From contig JBEQLE010000034.1 in assembly GCA_040326155.1 (NCBI GenBank), positions 1 through 43,134 of the forward strand: a DNA stretch of 43,134 nt. Reading direction: 5' to 3'. This document shows, one piece after another, positions 37,049 to 43,134 of this stretch. The position numbers and the translations under genes are program-made. Origin of the DNA: Leptospirales bacterium. GTDB lineage: Bacteria; Spirochaetota; Leptospiria; Turneriellales; JAOUFE01. The notes below the pieces were generated by a model that was not told the DNA's origin, did not search any database, and worked only from the letters and a program-made list of their open reading frames with translations. Position 1 is the first letter of the stretch; each line of letters opens with the position of its first letter.

Positions 37049-38086
37049 TTAAAGAAGTCCCGTTGTTTCTGGGCAATTAAACATGAGGTTCATATTTTGA
37101 ACTGCTACGCCGGCGGCGCCTTTGACAAGGTTGTCGATGGCTGAAACAATTACAAGTATTCCCGAATCGGGATCGTAGTCTAAAGAGATGTCGATAAAAT
37201 TTGTCAGTTGGACTTTTTTTAAAGTAATCTCTTCGGGGTTTTCGCGGTAGCGAATAAACGGTTCTTTTCTGGCGGCTTCTTTCAGGGATTTTCGAATTTC
37301 ATCGACATTGATATTGGAATTTTTTTTGGCCGTTAAATAAATGCAGGTTAAAATTCCTCGAAACATGGGCAGAAGGTGAGGAGTCATTTTTAATTTTATA
37401 TCGAGGTAGGGGCGAACTTCCTGTACAATTTCAGGTATGTGTTGGTGGGCTTCGACTTTGTATGCTTTAAAATTTTCGTATACATCGGAGTAGGGTAGTG
37501 CGTCGTTTTCTTTGCGTCCGCCTGCTCCGCTTGTTCCAGATTTTGCGTCTACTATTACCTTTTCTGAAAATAGCTTCAAATGATCTTTTATACAATAAAG
37601 CGGCAATATCGCTGATGTCGCATAACAGCCAGGGTTGGCAACGCGTCTGGCATGACTAATCTCTTCTCTTCGCATTTCTGGCATGCCATAGACGAAATTT
37701 TCTACTAACTCATGAGCGTTGTGTTTCATCCTGTAATATTTTTTAAAATCGTCTTCATTGTTCAGGCGAAACGCTCCTGAAATATCGATAATTTTTACTT
37801 TCTCTAGAGCTAGTTCAAGCCCCCAGTACATAGCCACGCCATCGGGAACCGCTAAAAATAAAACATCAAGATGTGGCAAGTCGCCTTTCACATTCGGATG
37901 CGGTGAAAATTCGAGTTCATCATATTTCTGGCATTGCAGTTCGGGGAAGACTTCGACCATTCTTTTTCTCGAGTGGGCAGAAGATGTTATGTATTCAACT
38001 TTTGCTTTGCTGTGGTTTTTAAAAGTTTTTAGAAGTTCACGTCCTGTAAAACCTGCTGCGCCTAGTATTCCAATTTTTATACTCAT
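37049..38086 (-). CDS. argC: N-acetyl-gamma-glutamyl-phosphate reductase
   Basis: GAAGFTG, VANPGCYAT, SGTSGAG, HQHIPEI, IDNLVKGAAGVAVQNMN. Confidence 0.96.
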   Translation of the reverse strand: MSIKIGILGAAGFTGRELLKTFKNHSKAKVEYITSSAHSRKRMVEVFPELQCQKYDELEFSPHPNVKGDLPHLDVLFLAVPDGVAMYWGLELALEKVKIIDISGAFRLNNEDDFKKYYRMKHNAHELVENFVYGMPEMRREEISHARRVANPGCYATSAILPLYCIKDHLKLFSEKVIVDAKSGTSGAGGRKENDALPYSDVYENFKAYKVEAHQHIPEIVQEVRPYLDIKLKMTPHLLPMFRGILTCIYLTAKKNSNINVDEIRKSLKEAARKEPFIRYRENPEEITLKKVQLTNFIDISLDYDPDSGILVIVSAIDNLVKGAAGVAVQNMNLMFNCPETTGLL

Positions 38087-38098
38087 TCATTACTACTT

Positions 38099-38944
38099 TT
38101 ATTTTTTCTCATGGTGTATCGGGTGAGACACTTCGGGGTGGGCGAGGTGTGGGTCGTCGTCCGATTTTCCGTGGTAGGGGGAGCTGGGATGTTCTTCAAG
38201 GTGGGCCACCATAGAAGCTGCAAAGTACTCCCGGTTCATGGTTGCAATATGCTTTAGCGATATACCTTTAGGACACTCCGTTTCACAAACCGCTGTATTG
38301 CTGCAATTGCCAAAACCCTCGGAGTCCATTGTCGCGATCATATTTAAAACTCGTTGGTGTTTTTCAGGGCGCCCTTGTGGTAACATTGCAAGGTGAGAGA
38401 CTTTCGCAGCAACGAACAACATTGCCGAAGCGTTCGGGCAAGAAGCCGCACAGGCTCCGCAACCAATGCAGTTGGCCGCAATAAAAGCGTCGTCGGCGGT
38501 ATGTCTGCCGATTAAAGTTGTGTTGGCGTCTGGTACGCCCCCGGTATTAATCGATACATAACCGCCAGATTGTAATATTCTATCGAGAGCGCTTCTGTCG
38601 ACAACAAGGTCTTTTATTATAGGAAACGGTTTTGCTCTCCAGGGTTCTATAACAATCTTTTTACTTTTTTTCAAATGACGCATGTGTAATTGGCAAGCGG
38701 TAATTCCTTTTAAAGGGCTATGTGCATGACCGTTAATGAACACCCCGCACGAGCCGCAAATACCCTCACGGCAATCGTGAGAAAATGAAACGGGGTCGGC
38801 GTCCTCATGTAGAAGTTTTTCGTTCAGTACATCGAGAGCTTCAAGCAACGACATATCTTCGTTTAACTCATCTACCCGGTACGTTTCAAATTTACCTTTG
38901 GTATCTTTGTTTTTCTGTCGCCATATTTTAAATGCAATATCCAT
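38099..38944 (-). CDS. sdhB: Succinate dehydrogenase/fumarate reductase Fe-S subunit
   Basis: HDCREGICGSC, CIGCGACAASCP, GFGNCSNTAVCETECPK. Confidence 0.95.
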   Translation of the reverse strand: MDIAFKIWRQKNKDTKGKFETYRVDELNEDMSLLEALDVLNEKLLHEDADPVSFSHDCREGICGSCGVFINGHAHSPLKGITACQLHMRHLKKSKKIVIEPWRAKPFPIIKDLVVDRSALDRILQSGGYVSINTGGVPDANTTLIGRHTADDAFIAANCIGCGACAASCPNASAMLFVAAKVSHLAMLPQGRPEKHQRVLNMIATMDSEGFGNCSNTAVCETECPKGISLKHIATMNREYFAASMVAHLEEHPSSPYHGKSDDDPHLAHPEVSHPIHHEKK

Positions 38945-38960
38945 AATGATTCCCTGAATC

Positions 38961-40874
38961 TTATTTATAAGATCTCTGACTTAGTTTAACATTTTTGAAA
39001 ATTAATTTTTCTTTGTTAAGCTTTGGCGGTTTTGTATCTCCGGTGTATTCCCACGCCGATACGTAGTTGAATTTTTTATCGTTTCGCAGAGCTTCGCCCT
39101 CTTTTGTCTGGTGCTCCAGCCGGAAGTGTCCACCACAGGACTCGTCTCGTTGCAACGCATCTACAGCCATTAACTCGCCGAGTTCCAGAAAGTCAGCCAC
39201 TCTCTGGGCTTTTTCCAGAGATTCATTTAAGTGATTCGCTTCACCGGGAATTTTTAAATCTTTATAGAACTCTTTTTTCAGTTTTTTAATTTCACTGATC
39301 GCTTTTTTAAGCCCTTTTGCCGTTCTTGCCATGCCTACATATTCCCACATAATATGTCCAAGTTCTCTATGAAACTCGTCTGGCGATTTTGTTCCCTGAA
39401 TAGAGAGGAGTTTTTCAATATTCTTTTTAATTTTCTCTTCAGATTTTATAAATTCTTTATGGTCGGGCTGGACTTTTCCGAATCCTTGTTTTGCCAGAAA
39501 ATTTCCGACGGTATAGGGTAGAACAAAATATCCGTCGGCCAGTCCCTGCATTAACGCGGAAGCTCCAAGTCTGTTTGCTCCGTGGTCTGAAAAATTTGCT
39601 TCGCCAAGTACAAAAAGACCAGGTATGGAACTCATCAGGTTATAATCGACCCATAAACCGCCCATTGTATAATGAGCTGCCGGGTAAATTTTCATCGGGG
39701 TTTCGTATGGGTTATCTCCTGTAATAGTTTCATACATTTCGAATAAATTTCCGTATTTAGATTCAATTTCATCATCTCCCAGACGAGAGATGGCTTCGGC
39801 AAAATCAAGATAGACTGCTTTACCGGTCGGGCCTACGCCGTGTCCTTCATCGCATACCTCTTTAATGTTTCTTGCGGCCACGTCGCGCGGCACGAGGTTT
39901 CCGAAAGATGGATATTTTCGTTCCAGAAAATAGTCTCGTTCTTTTTCGGGTATGTCGTTTGGACGGCGATTCTCTCCTGTTTTTTTGGGAACCCAGATGC
40001 GTCCGTCATTTCTTAGACTTTCGCTCATGAGTGTTAATTTAGACTGGTAATGCCCCGAAGCGGGTATGCAGGTCGGGTGAATCTGAGTAAAACAAGGGTT
40101 GGCAAAACCGGCCCCTTTTTTATAGGCTCTCCAGGCGGCTGTGGCATTGCAGCCTTTGGCGTTTGTTGACAAATAATAGACATTGCTGTAGCCTCCGCCT
40201 GCCATAATTACGGCGTGACCGGAATATGATTTAATTTCACCGTTAATTAAATTACGTACAACGACGCCTGCGGCTTTTTTATTGATAACGACAACATCGA
40301 GCATTTCATGGTAAGGGTAGCACTTGACCTTGCCTTTGTAAATTTGACGGTTCAACGCTCCGTACGCGCCAAGTAGAAGTTGCTGCCCGGTTTGCCCTTT
40401 GGCATAAAACGTTCTGGAAACCTGAGCGCCTCCAAAAGAACGGTTATCTAAAAGACCTCCGTATTCACGGGCAAAAGGGACTCCCTGAGCGACACACTGG
40501 TCGATAATATTTTCGCTGACTTCGGCCAGTCGGTACACATTCGCCTCTCGCGAACGAAAGTCACCACCTTTGACTGTATCGTAAAACAGGCGAAATACGT
40601 TGTCACCGTCATTCTGGTAATTTTTAGCAGCGTTGATTCCGCCTTGCGCGGCAATGGAGTGGGCTCGTCTGGGGCTGTCGTTGTATGTAAATACAGTGAC
40701 GTTATAACCAAGTTCGGCCAGAGAGGCGGAGGCCGAAGCTCCGGCAAGTCCGCTACCAATTACAATTATATCAAACTTTCTTTTATTCGCAGGATTCACC
40801 AGCTTCATATCGAATCTGTGTTTATTCCATTTCTCATCGAGCGGACCATCGGGTATATTTGAATCTAATTTCAT
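38961..40874 (-). CDS. sdhA: Succinate dehydrogenase/fumarate reductase flavoprotein
   Basis: [39 protein letters not shown]. Confidence 0.96.
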   Translation of the reverse strand: MKLDSNIPDGPLDEKWNKHRFDMKLVNPANKRKFDIIVIGSGLAGASASASLAELGYNVTVFTYNDSPRRAHSIAAQGGINAAKNYQNDGDNVFRLFYDTVKGGDFRSREANVYRLAEVSENIIDQCVAQGVPFAREYGGLLDNRSFGGAQVSRTFYAKGQTGQQLLLGAYGALNRQIYKGKVKCYPYHEMLDVVVINKKAAGVVVRNLINGEIKSYSGHAVIMAGGGYSNVYYLSTNAKGCNATAAWRAYKKGAGFANPCFTQIHPTCIPASGHYQSKLTLMSESLRNDGRIWVPKKTGENRRPNDIPEKERDYFLERKYPSFGNLVPRDVAARNIKEVCDEGHGVGPTGKAVYLDFAEAISRLGDDEIESKYGNLFEMYETITGDNPYETPMKIYPAAHYTMGGLWVDYNLMSSIPGLFVLGEANFSDHGANRLGASALMQGLADGYFVLPYTVGNFLAKQGFGKVQPDHKEFIKSEEKIKKNIEKLLSIQGTKSPDEFHRELGHIMWEYVGMARTAKGLKKAISEIKKLKKEFYKDLKIPGEANHLNESLEKAQRVADFLELGELMAVDALQRDESCGGHFRLEHQTKEGEALRNDKKFNYVSAWEYTGDTKPPKLNKEKLIFKNVKLSQRSYK

Positions 40875-40887
40875 TTAATAATCCTTT

Positions 40888-41562
40888 TTACCCATTATAA
40901 ATTATAATAGGAATAATGGCAAACGTGAAGGGTACTGCAAGCGCATACACATAGCCTGCAATTTTTATAAAAATTGTATATTTTTCATGCCTTAAACCCA
41001 GTGATTGAAAAGTGCTTTGTACGCCGTGAACCAGGTGAAACGAGAGAAGCCCCATACTGGCTACATAAAATAGAACCCAGTAGATATTGGAAAACTCATA
41101 CACTACCGCGTCGTACATGGTGCCCGAACCTTCCATTATTCGGTGATCCCAGAAATAAGACTTTAGATGCAAAACTAAAAATATTAGAATGATACTGCCT
41201 GTGTGACGCATATTCCGGGAAAACCAGGTACTTCCACGGGCCGCTTTTTGCATGGCGTAACCTTCTGGTCTGGCTTTTTTATTTTCAATCGACACTTTTA
41301 TGGTCAGGCCGATATGCACGAATAAACCCATAAATAAAAGAACTTCGATAGCCCGCATCAAAACGCTGGACAACAAAGCTTCACCATATGCATTAAACGA
41401 AGCCCCGCCATCGTTATTTAACAATAACAGGTTTCCATACAAGTGTACCAGTAAAAAAGCAATAAGAAACAACCCGGTAAAGGCAACGATAAATTTTTTA
41501 CCGACGGAAGTTCGAAAAATATCGATAATCCATTTCATGTGTGTTGATAACATCTGATTCAA
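40888..41562 (-). CDS. sdhC: Succinate dehydrogenase cytochrome b subunit (5-TM b558 type)
   Basis: SVGKKFIVAFTG..FLLVHLYGN, FVHI, LVLHL, FHLVHG heme-ligand histidines; start uncertain. Confidence 0.92.
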   Translation of the reverse strand: MNQMLSTHMKWIIDIFRTSVGKKFIVAFTGLFLIAFLLVHLYGNLLLLNNDGGASFNAYGEALLSSVLMRAIEVLLFMGLFVHIGLTIKVSIENKKARPEGYAMQKAARGSTWFSRNMRHTGSIILIFLVLHLKSYFWDHRIMEGSGTMYDAVVYEFSNIYWVLFYVASMGLLSFHLVHGVQSTFQSLGLRHEKYTIFIKIAGYVYALAVPFTFAIIPIIIYNG

Positions 41563-41730
41563 CTTTACATGAGCAACTGTTTTTCTTTAGTTAACAAAAA
41601 AATCCTGCGGTTTTCGTTTATTGCGTCAAAAACTCCTGCGGGTTTTTGACGTCGTTTCTTTCGACTATCTTTTGAAGTGTTTTGCTCGCCCAAAAGCGTG
41701 GTTTTGGGTCAACCGGCATTTCTAATTGTC

Positions 41731-41838
41731 GCTGGACACCATGAGGTATATGACGCCGATCTGAGCCAGTACTTTGACACAATCCCACACGATAAGTTGA
41801 TGAAACTTATCGCCTTACGGATAAGTGACAAAGCGGTT
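41731..41838 (+). pseudogene. Fragment of group II intron reverse transcriptase (RT domain 3)
   Basis: Translates AGHHEVYDADLSQYFDTIPHDKLMKLIALRISDKAV; no start codon and no RT context either side. Confidence 0.85.
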
Positions 41839-41929
41839 AAGCGAAAGTAGCCCCAAAATGTGGTTGAGCTATTTGCGAGACCTGAGCGACCGCGTAGTCG
41901 GGCGCGAACAGATAAAATTTGTTATCGGA
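41839..41929 (+). repeat. 3' half of an attC-like hairpin element
   Basis: AGCCCCAAAATGT (41849-61), CAGATAAAAT (41909-18) and GTTATCGGA (41921-29) are reverse complements of three blocks at 42738-42775. Confidence 0.7.
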
Positions 41930-41945
41930 TGTTGGCTTTTTGTTA

Positions 41946-42368
41946 TTATACCGCTACAATATTTTCTTTTAAGACATCTTCAATTTGTTCTATTCTTTTT
42001 AATGTAGGATTGGATGAGGAAGTATTTTCATAACGCTGGTAACTTTGATATTTTATATTGAGTAATTCTGCCATTTCACTTTGCGTGTAGCCTTTTTCAT
42101 TTCTTTTTAATCTCAACCAAATAGCAAAGGCGACATTTTTATGGGGTGCAATGGAATGGACATTTTTTCCATTCAGTTTTGAAAACTTTGGTAAATGTAT
42201 ATTTCTTGCATCAATTGAAGCTAGATAACCGGTTAAGGCTTCTTTTGCAGCAGTTAATGCAACTTCCAATGTATCCCCAAATGTATGACATCCTTCTAGA
42301 TCAGGGAATTCTACATTGTAGCATAAGTCCTCTTTATCATATTCAATTATTGCTGGATAAGAAATCAT
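41946..42368 (-). CDS. hicB: HicB antitoxin with C-terminal XRE HTH
   Basis: YPAII...YNVEFPDLEGCHTFGDTLEVAL..AKEAL, followed by an HTH. Confidence 0.92.
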   Translation of the reverse strand: MISYPAIIEYDKEDLCYNVEFPDLEGCHTFGDTLEVALTAAKEALTGYLASIDARNIHLPKFSKLNGKNVHSIAPHKNVAFAIWLRLKRNEKGYTQSEMAELLNIKYQSYQRYENTSSSNPTLKRIEQIEDVLKENIVAV

Positions 42369-42544
42369 TTTAAACCACCTAGCTTTAGTATCTTATTTAA
42401 TGTTCCTTTTGGTAGATCTTTTTTGCCATGAACTGGAACTACTAAGGTTTTGTTACCTTTTATCATAATGTGATGCGAACCATTAATTCTATCTAAGCTC
42501 CAATCATTGGCTTCAAGTAGTTTTAATAGTTGTTTTCCACTCAC
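42365..42544 (-). CDS. hicA: HicA mRNA interferase toxin (59 aa, not in the ORF track)
   Basis: GTG start: MSGKQLLKLLEANDWSLDRINGSHHIMIKGNKTLVVPVHGKKDLPKGTLNKILKLGGLK*; GSH motif; ATGA overlap with hicB. Confidence 0.93.
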   Translation of the reverse strand: MSGKQLLKLLEANDWSLDRINGSHHIMIKGNKTLVVPVHGKKDLPKGTLNKILKLGGLK

Positions 42545-42549
42545 GAATT

Positions 42550-42578
42550 AAAATACAACATTTATGCTGTGTTGTCAA
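42550..42578 (-). promoter_or_regulatory. Leaderless promoter and operator of hicAB
   Basis: TTGACA, 17 nt, TATTTT, 5 nt before GTG; ACAACA-N9-TGTTGT inverted repeat in the spacer. Confidence 0.7.
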
Positions 42579-42737
42579 CTATTTATATACGGTGGTATGA
42601 AACTTGTTGATTTAAAAATAGCTTGAAAAAGAAAATAATAATCAATGCAATTAAACTCCAATAGAATATAAAGACATAGAGTATCCAGATATAATTATCA
42701 GACAGTAAATTCGCGCAGTGAAATAAAAAAGTAAATT

Positions 42738-42890
42738 TCCGATAACGTTTCGATTTTATCTGACGTTTTGGGGCTTCCGTAGTCAGCAGGGAGTGGCCCC
42801 AGAATTTGTCTTACAAATTCCGGCCGAAGGGCCATTTCTAACGAGCACCAAACTAACCTCCCGTAGGCTTTGGCTATTTGCCAAAGAGTT
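42738..42890 (+). repeat. 5' half of an attC-like branched hairpin element
   Basis: TCCGATAAC-GTTTCG-ATTTTATCTG-ACGTTTTGGGGCT followed by nested hairpins (GAATTTGT/ACAAATTC, CTTTGGC/GCCAAAG); homologous to 816-882. Confidence 0.72.
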
Positions 42891-43134
42891 TAGAAAATAT
42901 GGGTGTAACAAATTTGTTTTGACAGGTATCGTGTACCCGAAAGAATAATTCGAGAACATGCGAATTAACGCAGAAACTACCGCACCGTAATAGCCCCTTC
43001 TTCTTTGCCAAAAAACAATAAGAAAGTTAAAACCGATAAAATCGACGCACAGCATTTTATCAGGGCCATCATAGATCGCTCCGATCGGCGTTGCAGAAAA
43101 GTTCTCTATAAATTAATCCACAAGGGCAAACATA

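Noticed and set aside
36354..37076. Short ORFs (65 aa, 94 aa) and candidate tmRNA, RNase P, riboswitch or intron domain V
   Set aside because: The ORFs lack motifs, and hallmark sequences of those RNAs were not found by eye; kept only as an unknown structured element.
3780..41557. Numerous 60-150 aa ORFs antisense or out of frame within mutL, pyk, GGDEF/EAL, asr, ppdK and sdh
   Set aside because: Shadow ORFs of well-supported genes.
41731..41850. Functional retron, DGR or group II intron
   Set aside because: Only an RT3 fragment; no YADD motif, start codon or ribozyme domains.
41825..43055. ORFs 41825-42007, 42146-42373 and 42783-43055
   Set aside because: They overlap the hairpin elements or are antisense to hicB; no protein-like features.

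Overview
About 43 kb of AT-rich bacterial chromosome. It is probably from a spirochaete of the Leptospirales type; this is inferred from a Leptospira-style 23-aa LRR protein, a ChpI/ChpK-like TA pair and spirochaetal-type lipoboxes. Housekeeping genes (hemJ, mutL, pyk, rdgB, icd, speD, yjbQ-family, ppdK, argC, sdhCAB) alternate with accessory material. There are four apparently intact type II TA loci, plus an orphan antitoxin with a decayed toxin. A nucleotide-signalling cluster holds an HD/(p)ppGpp-hydrolase-like protein, a two-domain sAC-like cyclase and an AmiC/UrtA-PAS-GGDEF-EAL protein; a DUF5939 cyclase lies further along. Also present are secreted and lipoprotein genes and a sigma54-preceded asrA-asrB-nirC-asrC operon. 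The most unusual signals are non-coding. The hicAB module is bracketed by two complementary halves of a long, branched attC-like hairpin element, a deleted copy of that element sits behind the relBE module 42 kb away, and a ~35-codon group II intron RT fragment abuts it. Unlisted ORFs found by reading are hicA, a Pro-rich 58-aa peptide coupled to a DUF6338-like membrane protein, and a frameshifted repeat protein. A ~500-bp hairpin-dense intergenic block lies between ppdK and argC. No rRNA, tRNA, CRISPR array or intact integrase/transposase was seen.
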